41,460 nt of DNA from Pseudomonadota bacterium (GCA_043814015.1 JBDRKM010000069.1:1-41460), one strand, 5' to 3'. Numbered from the stretch's first letter, positions 1 to 9,064 are shown. Made by a program: numbers and translations. Notes: generated by a model from the letters alone, not told the origin.

Positions 1-18
1 CGCGCGCCAGGCGCGAAA

Positions 19-75
19 GGCTGGAGGCTGGAGGCTGGAGACCGGAGGGGGAGAAGGGAGACCGGAGACCGGAGG
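19..75. repeat. Purine-rich heptanucleotide-periodic tandem array: (GGCTGGA)x3, then GACCGGA, GGGGGAG, AAGGGAG, ACCGGAG, ACCGGAG
   Basis: Read directly: eight consecutive 7-nt units phased from position 19. The reverse complement (YCCAGCC)x3 recurs at 142-162. Confidence 0.8.
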
Positions 76-141
76 CGATAGCCCAGCGGGCCGCGGCGGA
101 GGACGGACAGGTGACCCGCGCGCCGTGTCCGACCTACAGCC

Positions 142-162
142 GCCAGCCTCCAGCCTCCAGCC
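142..162. repeat. (GCCAGCC/TCCAGCC)x3 heptamer array, reverse complement of the 19-39 array
   Basis: Read directly: gccagcc tccagcc tccagcc. It forms a potential long-range inverted repeat with 19-39, about 120 bp away. Confidence 0.8.
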
Positions 163-350
163 TCCCCTTGGGTTGCGGGCGGAGCCCCGCGCTGCGCTTC
201 CTGGGGCTGAAGCGGGGTGGGCAGAACCGCAAGCGGGGCATCGCCTTCTACCAGGCGAACGGCCCCTTCGACATGGAGACCACCTTCCCGGACTGGTGGC
301 CGGTGTAGGAACACGGTCTCACCCGGACCACCGGGTGGAAGCCCGGCGGC

Positions 351-1637
351 TCAGGGCCCCAGCACCGCCGCTATGCTCCCGGGGAAGCCGGGGAGGGTCC
401 GCAGCCAGCTGAACCCGGCCGCCTCGAAATTGGCCCGGGCCAAGCTCTCTGGCCCGTTGGCGGTGGTCTCGATCACGACGACCCGGCCGCCGGGTCGCAG
501 GGCGTCATGCAGGGCGGCCAGGTACGCCCGCAGTGCGCTGTCCGGCTGCTGCTGCATGAAGAAGTGGGCCTCCCACAGCAGGATGGCATCCACTGATGCC
601 GGCGGCAGGCGGGGATCGTCCAGGAACACCAGGCGGACGTCCACGTTGGGGTGCGCCGGAGCATCCTCGTCCAGGCGCCAGCGCATGAAGGCGATGGCGG
701 CGGGGTCCACGTCGGTGGCGTACACCAGCCCCCCTGGGCCGACCGCCTGGGACAGCGGCCAGCTCAGAGCGCCCGAGCCAGCGCCGATGTCGGCCACACG
801 CTCTCCCGTGCTCAACTCCAGGGCCGCGAGCGCGGCGTCGAAGCCCGGCCGGCTTAGGCCTCGGGGAGGGACGTAGGACATCAGCGCAGACCAGGTCTGG
901 CTGGGGGCGGAGCGCCGATCCCAGGCACCCAGCACCGTGAGATCCACGGCGTCCACGATCACCTCCGCCGAGCCCTCGCCGGCAGCCGAGCCCAGAGAGC
1001 CCGCGCGACGGATGCGCCAGCACGGGCGCAGCCCACGGCTCGGCGGCGCCAACAGGCCCGGATCGAACCAGACCGGGGAGGCCTCGCTGATGGCGACATC
1101 CAGGCTGGAGAGCTCGGAGGAGGGCAGCCAACGACGCGCGGCGTCGATGGCCGACGCCTCCGTGCCTGCGGCCGGGGGGGGCTGCTCCGGGGGGCGCGCC
1201 AGGTCGGCGACGATCACGAACCGCCCCTCCGCGTTGACCGAGGCGGTCAGCAGGCTCCCGAGCACATCCACACCAGCGAACCGCTGGGTCCAGCGACCCT
1301 CGCCAGCCTCCACGAGGGCCTCCGCCGGGCCGAACAGCTCCGGGTGGACCTGGACGAAGGCCAGCGGCCAGTCTCCGTCAGCCACCGCGCCCTCCACTCC
1401 CATCTCCAGCGCGCGGACCAGGCCTGTCGCCGGATCACGCTCAAACCGGAATGGGGAGTCGCGCAGGGCGAGCTCCTCCGCCGAACGGGTCCAGTCCACC
1501 GGGGTCACTGCGGCAGGAGCGACCTCCAGGACGCCCTCCGGAGGGGCATCCGGCGGGCCAGCGCATGCGACCGCGATCAGAAACCAGGCGGCCGAGGGCG
1601 CACCTGCGACCCGCTGGCGACGGAGATTGAGCACCAT
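351..1637 (-). CDS. Class I SAM-dependent methyltransferase with a ~230-aa N-terminal domain of unknown function; hydrophobic leader-like N-terminus (alternative upstream start at 1706)
   Basis: ORF 351..1706 (-). The C-terminal half has methyltransferase motif I, VADIGAGSGALS, with downstream acidic motif-II/III-like segments. An ATG at 1637 precedes AAWFLIAVAC. GC3-biased codons. Confidence 0.7.
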   Translation of the reverse strand: MVLNLRRQRVAGAPSAAWFLIAVACAGPPDAPPEGVLEVAPAAVTPVDWTRSAEELALRDSPFRFERDPATGLVRALEMGVEGAVADGDWPLAFVQVHPELFGPAEALVEAGEGRWTQRFAGVDVLGSLLTASVNAEGRFVIVADLARPPEQPPPAAGTEASAIDAARRWLPSSELSSLDVAISEASPVWFDPGLLAPPSRGLRPCWRIRRAGSLGSAAGEGSAEVIVDAVDLTVLGAWDRRSAPSQTWSALMSYVPPRGLSRPGFDAALAALELSTGERVADIGAGSGALSWPLSQAVGPGGLVYATDVDPAAIAFMRWRLDEDAPAHPNVDVRLVFLDDPRLPPASVDAILLWEAHFFMQQQPDSALRAYLAALHDALRPGGRVVVIETTANGPESLARANFEAAGFSWLRTLPGFPGSIAAVLGP

Positions 1638-1766
1638 GGCCTCCTTGAGGGCAGCGAGCCAGAAGATGGGCCCACGGGTGGCCACGCGGGCGCAGCAGAT
1701 CAGCATACCCGACGCCGCGCAGGGAGGGGAGCGGGAACGCGCAGGCCCGCCGTCCCGGGGTGCGCA

Positions 1767-3560
1767 TCAGGGTATGAATGGCGGCCAGCAGGGGTCCACG
1801 TGCACGCTCCCGCCCACCGGCGGCACCTCGAAGGACTCCACCCGCCCATCCCGCCACACCACCCAGCGCAGGCTGGGATCGTCCAGGTCCACGGGGCTCT
1901 CGTAGCGCACCACCCGCGGGCGGCCATCGGGGGTCAGCGCCTCCACCGTCACCCGCAGCCCGTCGCGCTCGATCTCCTCGCCCAGGGTGAAGGGGACACG
2001 CACGTCCCGCACGAGCTGCTCCGGCGGCGTGCGCAGCATGCCATCCGGCGCCGTGGCCACCAGGGTCCTGGCGTCGGGCCGCGCGAGCTCCATATCGGTG
2101 AGCATGTGGGCCAGCAGCCACTGCCCGCGGGGCGCGGGGTCGCCGTCGAGGGCGCGGATCACGGGCACGAACCCCGTGAACAGGGTGGTGCCGTTGACCC
2201 ATACCAGGCGCTGGGTGGCCACCGCCTCGTCCGCCGGGGCCATGCGCACCGCGCGTTCGAACACGCCGAAGGTCACCCCGAAGAAGACCACCTTCACCGG
2301 CAGCAGCAGGGGCGCGAGCACCAGGTGCAGGCCGATGAGGGCGTAGAACCCCCAGCGACACGGGCCCCGCAGCGGAGTTGCGGGCCAGCCCAGGTGGGCG
2401 AGCGCCTCCGCCAGCAGGGGGGCCGCGCCCAGGCCGAGAAACAACAGCAGTCGGTCCATGGGGAAGCTCGCGCAGACGGGCACGGCCGCCAGCACCATCC
2501 CCAGGGTCCAGAACCGCGCCCGCGGGCTGGCGCGCAGGACGGGCAGCAGCAGCCAGCCCACGAGCACCACCACCGCCAGGCTGGCGGCCACCAGCCCCAC
2601 CTGGATCCCGCGCGGCATCGCGATCCAGACATCGCAGGGCAGCTTGGCCCACAGGGCCCCCAGCAGCACCGGGATGCGTTCGGCCACCGCGCGCGGAAAG
2701 TCGAGGGAGAGCGGGTGCACATAGGACTGGGCGCCCGCAGTACCGTAGCCGCCGGCCATGTAGCAGGCGGCCCAGGCACCCAGCGGGATCAGGTGGATCG
2801 CCAGGCTGGCGAGCCGGCGTGCGAGGCGCCCCCGCTCCAGGCACAGGGCGTAGGCGGCGAGGAAAGCACAGGCCCCCAGGGCGGCCTCGGAGCACGCCAG
2901 CCCCACGCCCAGGGTGGCCGAGGCCAGGACCCCGGCCCCGAGGGAGCCCTCCCGCCGCCAGCGGTCGTGCAGCAGCAAGGTCACGCTGGTCAAGGCGAAG
3001 GCCATCAGCGCATTGCGGTTGGCGATCCAGAGGGCCGGCCCGGCGTGGTGGTCCTGCACCGCGAACAGCAGCGTGGCCAGCGCCGCCACCCGTGGCGCGC
3101 CCGCCAGGCGTTGGTACAGCGCGGCGGCCCCCAGCACCGCGAGCGCTAGCCACGCCAGGCTGTGCAGGTGCATGGCCACGGGGGAACCGGGCCAGAGCGC
3201 GTAGTCCAGCAGGTGGGAGGCGACCGCCAGGGGGCGCAGGAAGCTGGCCTTCAGTCCCTCCGCCGCCCACCAGGGCAGCAAGCCGAAGCGCCCCAGGTCG
3301 TGGAGCCCTTCGGTCGAGCCGTCGAAGAACACGAACAGGCCGGTCAGGGGCGCACGGGGCGGCGCTCCCGCCAGCAGCGGCAGGTGGACCTGGCCCTTCC
3401 ACGCCAGGATCAGGGCGCGGTGCAGCCAGTCATCCGCCAGCAGCCCGAAGCGCAGCGCGGGCAGGCACAGCGCCACGGCCAGCAGCGCGGCCGCCCAGGG
3501 GAGCCGAGGGTGATCGAGCAGGCGCAGCAGGCGGACACGCATCGGAAGATGGTACCCCAC
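1767..3560 (-). CDS. Polytopic membrane protein, GT-C-type glycosyltransferase-like (ArnT/PMT-like fold), with a C-terminal ~140-aa soluble domain
   Basis: 597 aa with about 12 hydrophobic helices. An acidic DDW motif (LLADDWLHR) sits in the first predicted loop, as GT-C enzymes carry. The C-terminal region is hydrophilic. Confidence 0.55.
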   Translation of the reverse strand: MGYHLPMRVRLLRLLDHPRLPWAAALLAVALCLPALRFGLLADDWLHRALILAWKGQVHLPLLAGAPPRAPLTGLFVFFDGSTEGLHDLGRFGLLPWWAAEGLKASFLRPLAVASHLLDYALWPGSPVAMHLHSLAWLALAVLGAAALYQRLAGAPRVAALATLLFAVQDHHAGPALWIANRNALMAFALTSVTLLLHDRWRREGSLGAGVLASATLGVGLACSEAALGACAFLAAYALCLERGRLARRLASLAIHLIPLGAWAACYMAGGYGTAGAQSYVHPLSLDFPRAVAERIPVLLGALWAKLPCDVWIAMPRGIQVGLVAASLAVVVLVGWLLLPVLRASPRARFWTLGMVLAAVPVCASFPMDRLLLFLGLGAAPLLAEALAHLGWPATPLRGPCRWGFYALIGLHLVLAPLLLPVKVVFFGVTFGVFERAVRMAPADEAVATQRLVWVNGTTLFTGFVPVIRALDGDPAPRGQWLLAHMLTDMELARPDARTLVATAPDGMLRTPPEQLVRDVRVPFTLGEEIERDGLRVTVEALTPDGRPRVVRYESPVDLDDPSLRWVVWRDGRVESFEVPPVGGSVHVDPCWPPFIP

Positions 3561-3619
3561 CTGGGCACCCCCGCGTTGGAATCCTCACCCCCGAATCGTC
3601 GGCTCCGCCGACGAAGCCG

Positions 3620-3647
3620 TCAGGTATCAGCCGTCAGCAATCAGCTC
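3620..3647. repeat. (TCAGnnn)x4 heptad-periodic array
   Basis: tcaggta tcagccg tcagcaa tcagctc, read directly. The inverted partner (CTGAnnn)x4 is at 3730-3757. Confidence 0.75.
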
Positions 3648-3729
3648 TTTCGGGCAGCAGCCGGCGCTCGCGCACTTCACCCTCGGGGTGAACGGGACCG
3701 AGCCGGGTGACTCGCGAAGAATGTGCTTG

Positions 3730-3757
3730 CTGAATCCTGATACCTGAAAGCTGATAG
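3730..3757. repeat. (CTGAnnn)x4 heptad-periodic array, inverted relative to 3620-3647
   Basis: ctgaatc ctgatac ctgaaag ctgatag. It is also flanked by CCGACGATTCGGG (3766-3778), the reverse complement of CCCGAATCGTCGG (3586-3598). Confidence 0.75.
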
Positions 3758-3883
3758 CTCTGTACCCGACGATTCGGGCTCACCCCCGTCGCAGCTACCC
3801 CACGCGCCCTCGGTCGTTGCACCCGCGCCCGGGGTGGCTACGTTCCCCGGGCTTCGCTCCCCTCACCTTCGACAGGAGACACC

Positions 3884-5242
3884 ATGGGCCTCTGGGACAC
3901 CATCAAACCGCACGTCGGCGCCCAGTTCCTCGACGTCATCCAGTGGCTCGACGACAGCCGCGACACGCTCGTCTACCGTTTCCCCATCTTCAACCAGGCG
4001 ATCCAGGACGGCGGCAGGCTGGTGGTGCGCGAGGGCCAGGCCGCCATCTTCGTGGCCGAGGGGCGCTTCTCCGAGTGCTTCGGCCCCGGCACCTACGAGC
4101 TGTCCACCCGCACCAAGGCCATCTGGTCCTTCTTCGAGAGCATCAAGTACGGGCTCAACTACCCCTACAAGGGCGACATCTACTTCGTGAACACCCGCCA
4201 GTTCCCGGAGCAGAAGTGGGGCACCCCCCAGCCTATAGCGGTGCGGGATCCCGAGTTCGGCTCCATCCAGATCCGCGCCTTCGGCACCTACCAGTACCGC
4301 ATCACGGATCCGCCGAAGTTCCTGCGTGAGGTGGTGGGCACCGACGGCCTCTTCACCACGGACGAGATCAACGGCCAGCTCAAGCGCAAGGTGCTCTCGG
4401 TGTTCGCCTCCCTGCTGCGCGACGCCAAGATCCCCTTCGACATGCTGGTGGGCGCGGGGCTGGAGCTGGCCGAGGCCCTCAAGGAGAAGATCACCCCCAT
4501 CTTCCAGGAGTCCTACGGCCTCGCCGTCACCGACTTCACCGTCGACGGTGTCACCCTGCCCGAGAAGGTGCAGGAGTACTACGAGAAACGCCAGGGTATG
4601 GGGATCCTGGGCGATCTGAACGCCTACACCCGCCTGCAGCAGGCCGACGCCATCGGCGATGCCGCCCGCAACCCGGGCATCGGCGGCGCCGGGGTGGGCA
4701 TGGGGGTCGGCTGGGCCATGGGCCAGCAGATGGGCCAGGCCATGGGCAACCCCCAGGGCGGCGGCATGTTCAACCCCCACCAGGGGCTGCAGGGCGGCGG
4801 CGCTCCCCCGCCCCCACCGCCAGGTATCGCCAAGCTGCACTACCACGGCGACGCCGGCCAGGGCGAGTACACCGCCCAGGAGATCGCCCAGCTCGTGGCC
4901 AAGAACCGCACCGGCACGCACCACGTATGGGCGCAGGGCTGGCCCGGCTGGAAGCCCGCCATGGAGGTCCCCGAGATCGCCCGGGCCATCCCACCCGCGC
5001 CCCCACCCCCACCACCCGCCAGCAGCCAGCCCTTCCACTACATGGGCGTCGGCGAGCAGCCCGAGCAGCTGGTCGCCCCCGAGATCGCCAAGCGCATCGC
5101 GGCCAACCCGGGTGGTCGCCACCTGGTCTGGCGCCTGGAGCTGGGCGGCTGGAAGCCCGCCAACGAGGTCCCGGAGATCGCCGCGTTGCTGGCCGCGGCC
5201 CCGCCTCCGCCTCCGGGCTTCCCGCCCCCGCCCCCCGTGTAG
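3884..5242 (+). CDS. SPFH/Band-7 family protein (Band_7_1 / 'virion core protein'-like N-domain) with Pro-rich linkers and two C-terminal DUF4339 (GYF-like) repeats
   Basis: The N-terminus MGLWDTIK..FLDVIQWLDDSRDTLVYRFP is characteristic of PF13421-type SPFH proteins. Two ~45-aa repeats (YHGDAGQGEYTAQEIAQLV..HHVWAQGWPGWKPAMEVPEIA and QLVAPEIAKRIAANPGGRHLVWRLELGGWKPANEVPEIA) match the DUF4339 G..W..GW...W pattern. Poly-Pro tracts lie between them. AGGAG RBS 6 nt upstream. Confidence 0.8.
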   Translation: MGLWDTIKPHVGAQFLDVIQWLDDSRDTLVYRFPIFNQAIQDGGRLVVREGQAAIFVAEGRFSECFGPGTYELSTRTKAIWSFFESIKYGLNYPYKGDIYFVNTRQFPEQKWGTPQPIAVRDPEFGSIQIRAFGTYQYRITDPPKFLREVVGTDGLFTTDEINGQLKRKVLSVFASLLRDAKIPFDMLVGAGLELAEALKEKITPIFQESYGLAVTDFTVDGVTLPEKVQEYYEKRQGMGILGDLNAYTRLQQADAIGDAARNPGIGGAGVGMGVGWAMGQQMGQAMGNPQGGGMFNPHQGLQGGGAPPPPPPGIAKLHYHGDAGQGEYTAQEIAQLVAKNRTGTHHVWAQGWPGWKPAMEVPEIARAIPPAPPPPPPASSQPFHYMGVGEQPEQLVAPEIAKRIAANPGGRHLVWRLELGGWKPANEVPEIAALLAAAPPPPPGFPPPPPV

Positions 5243-5247
5243 ACCTT

Positions 5248-6705
5248 TCAGTCGGGCTCGGCCGTCGGGTAGAGCGTGGACAGCGGCGCCACGTAGCCGA
5301 AGGTGCTGCCCAGCCCGAGGGCGATGCGCAGCGTGGAGGATGAATCGGGCAGCAGGACATCCAGCTGCCCCGCGCTGGACCAGGACACAACGGTCGCGCC
5401 ATCTGCGAGGCGCTCGGCGTTGCCCAGGGTCTCCACGTGCAGGCAGCTCTCGGTCACACCGGCCCACACCCGCGCCGCGGTGCCCGCGCCGGTGTCGAGG
5501 GCGATCTCCGTGGCGTCCGAGCAGGCCGAGGGATCGTCGTAGCGGTTGAACACCAGCACGTGGCCGTCCGCGAGGCCCCGCGCGCTGTGGGGAGCCTGGA
5601 TGAGGGTGCCGGTGCTCGCGACGTCCCAGTCGCCCCACTGGTCCGCCAGCGACCACAGGTTCTCGCCGGTGGCGCCGTCCACCGCGAACACACTGTCGAG
5701 GTAGCCCGCGGTCAGGTAGAAGGTGTCCGTGGCCGCGTCGTAGGACATCCCGTTGACGTGGGACCAGTCCTCGGCCACCGTCCCGTTGCGGGTGGTGACC
5801 TCGGGGTGGCCGGTCTCGAGGTCCTGCGATGTGGCGTCCCAGACGCTCCACAGCCGCTCGGTCACGCCCTCCTCGGTCCACACATCGAGCGCCTGGCCCA
5901 GGATGGTGTGGGTTCGACCACCGTACTCGACCTCGCGCACGTCCTCCACGATGGAGGCGGGGCGGCCATCGGGCAGCACGGCGAAGTCGATCCCGGGGTT
6001 GCCGAAAGGCGTGGTCCCGAGATCCTCCCCGTCGAACCCGACCTTCAGGATGCTGCCATCACGCCCCTCGCTGGGCTTGGCGCCACGGGAGAACATCACC
6101 CCTTGCCCGTCGGGGGAGAGCACCAACCGCTCCATGGGTCCGCTCCCCTCCCACGACCAGACAAAGCGACCCAGGCCGTCCAGGATGATGGCCCAGTAGT
6201 GCGCGGGGGGCGCCGCGACCTGCACCAGCATGTAGCCGTCGAAGGCGGGCACCTCCCCTCCCACCAGCAGGTCGAGCTCTGGGCGCCCCACTGGCGGCGC
6301 GCCGGTGGTGGCCACCTGAACCGGAGAGCAGGCGGGCGCTCCCCCCTCCCCGGCGATGATCCGGAGCTGCACCTCGCGGTCGCAGCCCGCGCCCACGAGC
6401 AGCGCCTCGCCCACGCCTCCGATCGGGATGGTGGCGGTCTCGGTCCAGGTGTCGGCCCCGGCGGGCTGGAACGCGACATGGGAGGGCGCCGGTTCCTCCA
6501 GCGTCCAACGCACGCGCAGCACGCTGGGCACCGCGGTCACCTCCCAGGTGAGGTCGGACAGCAGGCCCTCGTCCTCCACGCAGCCCATGGCCGGGCCGGT
6601 GTCCACGGTGTCGGTCGGGTTGGGTCCGGAGTCGTCGGGTGCCTTGGGGCAGCCAGCCAGGGTCAGCACGGAGGCGAGGAGCGCGAGGAAGCTGGGAGGG
6701 TGCAT
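5248..6705 (-). CDS. Lipoprotein, arylsulfotransferase (ASST)-family-like beta-propeller
   Basis: The lipoprotein signal MHPPSFLALLASVLTLAGC has a lipobox (LTLAGC). The motifs DWSHVNGMSYDAATDTFYLTAGYLDSVFAVDGATGENLW and HSARGLADGHVLVFNRYDD resemble conserved ASST blocks. The first ATG of the ORF (6993) would add ~96 non-signal residues, so 6705 is preferred. Confidence 0.6.
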   Translation of the reverse strand: MHPPSFLALLASVLTLAGCPKAPDDSGPNPTDTVDTGPAMGCVEDEGLLSDLTWEVTAVPSVLRVRWTLEEPAPSHVAFQPAGADTWTETATIPIGGVGEALLVGAGCDREVQLRIIAGEGGAPACSPVQVATTGAPPVGRPELDLLVGGEVPAFDGYMLVQVAAPPAHYWAIILDGLGRFVWSWEGSGPMERLVLSPDGQGVMFSRGAKPSEGRDGSILKVGFDGEDLGTTPFGNPGIDFAVLPDGRPASIVEDVREVEYGGRTHTILGQALDVWTEEGVTERLWSVWDATSQDLETGHPEVTTRNGTVAEDWSHVNGMSYDAATDTFYLTAGYLDSVFAVDGATGENLWSLADQWGDWDVASTGTLIQAPHSARGLADGHVLVFNRYDDPSACSDATEIALDTGAGTAARVWAGVTESCLHVETLGNAERLADGATVVSWSSAGQLDVLLPDSSSTLRIALGLGSTFGYVAPLSTLYPTAEPD

Positions 6706-7117
6706 GGATCTTCCGTAGCTGGGCGATGGTGGCCGGATTCTCCAGGTTCGTCGGTCACAGCTGGCGCGGTTGGGAGGGGCACCGGCTCGAACCTCCGAGA
6801 CAGGCTGGGGCGTACTCGAGGGTAGGTCGCGGCTCATGGTAGCGCCGCCGGCCCGCGGCCGGGAGAGGTTCCATGAAGGTCTGGGCGAGTCTGGAGCTTC
6901 CCTGACAACTTGCCCGACCGCCGCGGTCGACGCCCGCGATCTCGGGCGCCCAGCCTCGACCAACTCTTGACAGCTCACCGCATTCCCTTCCAAAGCCAGG
7001 AATCAACCTGTCACGGAGCCTCGACGGGCGGCGGCCTGGACCCGGGGCCGCGGGCACCGATGGGCAGATCGAACCGAGGAGCAGCACGCCCACGACCGGC
7101 AGCCGAGAGAGAGCGCC

Positions 7118-8188
7118 ATGCCCACCGTCCACGCCCACGAGCCTCTCGACCGCCCCCCCCGGGTGGACCTCACCGAGGACCTGGTCCGCCTGGGCGGCCT
7201 CTGCTCCATCATGGCGGCCGGTGCCGCACCGCGCGCCGTCCTGCCCCTGGCGCTCGGCCTGCTGCGGGAGCTCTCCGGCGGCCGCGCCACCGCGCTGTTG
7301 GTGGAGGAGCGGGTGGTCGCAGCCCTCGGCAGCCCCCTGGAGCGGAGCCTCGGGCTGGTGGAGCTGGAAGGCCACGCCCGGCTGCTCTGCGGTGGCCCCG
7401 AGGCGGACGGGATCCGCGACTGGGCGGGCTCCAGCGCGCCCGTGGTCTCCCTCGAGGGCGCCGACCTGATCCTGCCCACGCGGCGTGGCGGGGTGAAGGT
7501 GAGCGAGCCCATCTCCGGGGTCCTCGCGGACGCGAACCGCAGCGCGGTGCTGCACCTGCTGGCCGACCTCTGTCAGGGGCTGGCGAGCTGGGCCGCGGAT
7601 CTGGCCGAGGCAGACCAGCGCTCCTCCTCCCTGGAGGAGACCCGGCTGCGCTTCCAGGAGCAGAACATGCTGCTGCGCGAGCTGGCCGTGGTGGACGAGC
7701 TGACCGGGCTGCGCAACCGCCGCTTTTTCGACGGGCGGCTGCAGTACGAGCTGGATCGCGTGGAGCGCTACCGCAACCCCCTGGCCCTCGCGCTGCTGGA
7801 CATCGACCACTTCAAGGCGGTCAACGACACCTGGGGCCACGCGGCCGGGGACGTGATCCTGCACGAGCTGGCAGTGCTGGCCCTGCGCCAGGTGCGCCGG
7901 GTGGACCTGCTGGCGCGGGTGGGCGGCGAGGAATTCGCCCTGCTGATGCCCGACACCGAGGAGGGGGGGGCCCGGACCGTGTGTACGCGACTGCTGGAGG
8001 GGGTGCGCGACACCGTGTTCCACGTGGGTGGGCGGGAGGTGGGCTTGACCGTGTCCATGGGCCTGGCCGTGGCCCTGCCAGGCTGGGAGGGAGACCCGGC
8101 TCGGCTGTTCAGGGCGGCAGACCAGGCTCTGTACCGCGCGAAGCTCGACGGGCGGGACCGCATCGTGGTAGCTTCGCAGGCAGGATGA
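7118..8188 (+). CDS. Diguanylate cyclase: GGDEF domain (intact GGEEF) with an N-terminal GAF-like sensory domain
   Basis: RVGGEEF at nt 7922-7936 and the upstream RNRRFFD / DIDHFKAVND motifs are typical of GGDEF. The stop TGA overlaps the next ATG (ATGA at 8185-8188). Confidence 0.85.
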   Translation: MPTVHAHEPLDRPPRVDLTEDLVRLGGLCSIMAAGAAPRAVLPLALGLLRELSGGRATALLVEERVVAALGSPLERSLGLVELEGHARLLCGGPEADGIRDWAGSSAPVVSLEGADLILPTRRGGVKVSEPISGVLADANRSAVLHLLADLCQGLASWAADLAEADQRSSSLEETRLRFQEQNMLLRELAVVDELTGLRNRRFFDGRLQYELDRVERYRNPLALALLDIDHFKAVNDTWGHAAGDVILHELAVLALRQVRRVDLLARVGGEEFALLMPDTEEGGARTVCTRLLEGVRDTVFHVGGREVGLTVSMGLAVALPGWEGDPARLFRAADQALYRAKLDGRDRIVVASQAG

Positions 8189-9045
8189 GCGCCTCAGACG
8201 AAAGCTTCGGACACCGCATCGCCCAGGCCCGCCTCGCCCGGGCCGACGACCTCGGCGTCTTCCCGCCAGCCGCCGCCCGGATCCTCCGCGTGGTGGACGA
8301 TCCGCGCACCAACCTGGTGGATCTGGAGAAGGCCGTCTCCATGGACCCGGTGCTCACGGCCCAGGTCCTGAAGGTGGCCAACTCGGCCTACTTCGGGCTG
8401 GCCCGTACCGTGGGGAGCCTACGCCAGGCCCTGTTCGTCCTGGGCTTTCGCACGGTCCGCAACATGTCGCTGTCCCTGGCCGCCCTCACCATGGGCGCGG
8501 CCGAGAGCCCGTGGTCGCGCCGCGTCTGGCGCCGCTCCATCCGCTGCTGCCGGGCCATGCGCGTGCTCGGCGAGCATGTGGAGTGGGATGACTTCGCGGA
8601 CCCCTTCGCGGTCGGCCTGCTGCACCGCATCGGCACCCTGCTGCTGCTGGCCCTCGAGGAGAAGCCCTACGTCGAGCTGCTGGAGCAGCACCCCTGGGCC
8701 TCCCAGGCCCTGCTGGAGGCGGAGGTCCATCGCTTCGCCTTCGACCACGTGGCCCTGGGGGCTGCCTGCCTCGAGCGCTGGAACCTCCCCGAGGACGTCT
8801 GCCTCGCGGTGCGCTTCCAGGATCACCCCGAAGCCCTCTCCGGGCACCCCGAAGCCCAGGATCTCACCTGGATGCTGTGGCTCGCCGTCCAGCTCGAGCT
8901 GCGCACGGCGCGCGCCGAGGATCTCCCGACCATCGCCGCCAGCCTGGCCGCCAGCCACGCCGCCCAGGCGGTGGGTCTGAGTGAGCCCGTCCTGCTCAAG
9001 GCCGCCCTGGCCGTCAACCAGGAAGACGGAGACATCTTCGGGTAG
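8185..9045 (+). CDS. HDOD domain protein (HD-related output domain, signalling)
   Basis: VFPPAAARILRVVDDPRTNLVDLEKAVSMDPVLTAQVLKVANSAYFG is the canonical HDOD N-terminal block. The gene starts at the internal ATG 8185 of the long frame-1 ORF 6910..9045; the part upstream is an artefact. Confidence 0.8.
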   Translation: MSASDESFGHRIAQARLARADDLGVFPPAAARILRVVDDPRTNLVDLEKAVSMDPVLTAQVLKVANSAYFGLARTVGSLRQALFVLGFRTVRNMSLSLAALTMGAAESPWSRRVWRRSIRCCRAMRVLGEHVEWDDFADPFAVGLLHRIGTLLLLALEEKPYVELLEQHPWASQALLEAEVHRFAFDHVALGAACLERWNLPEDVCLAVRFQDHPEALSGHPEAQDLTWMLWLAVQLELRTARAEDLPTIAASLAASHAAQAVGLSEPVLLKAALAVNQEDGDIFG

Positions 9046-9064
9046 CGCCCCGCGGCCCCTTCCG

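Noticed and set aside
1344-3402. Overlapping 601-aa (+) and 653-aa (-) ORFs
   Set aside because: Both translate to Arg/Gly/Pro/Ala/His-rich sequence. The third overlapping ORF (1767..3560, minus) encodes a coherent multi-helix membrane protein and is kept instead.
6910-8184. Upstream 425 codons of the 711-aa frame-1 ORF 6910..9045
   Set aside because: This part overlaps the GGDEF gene, which has clear motifs in frame 2, and translates to a Pro/Arg/Gly-rich artefact. The real HDOD gene starts at the internal ATG 8185, where the conserved HDOD block begins.
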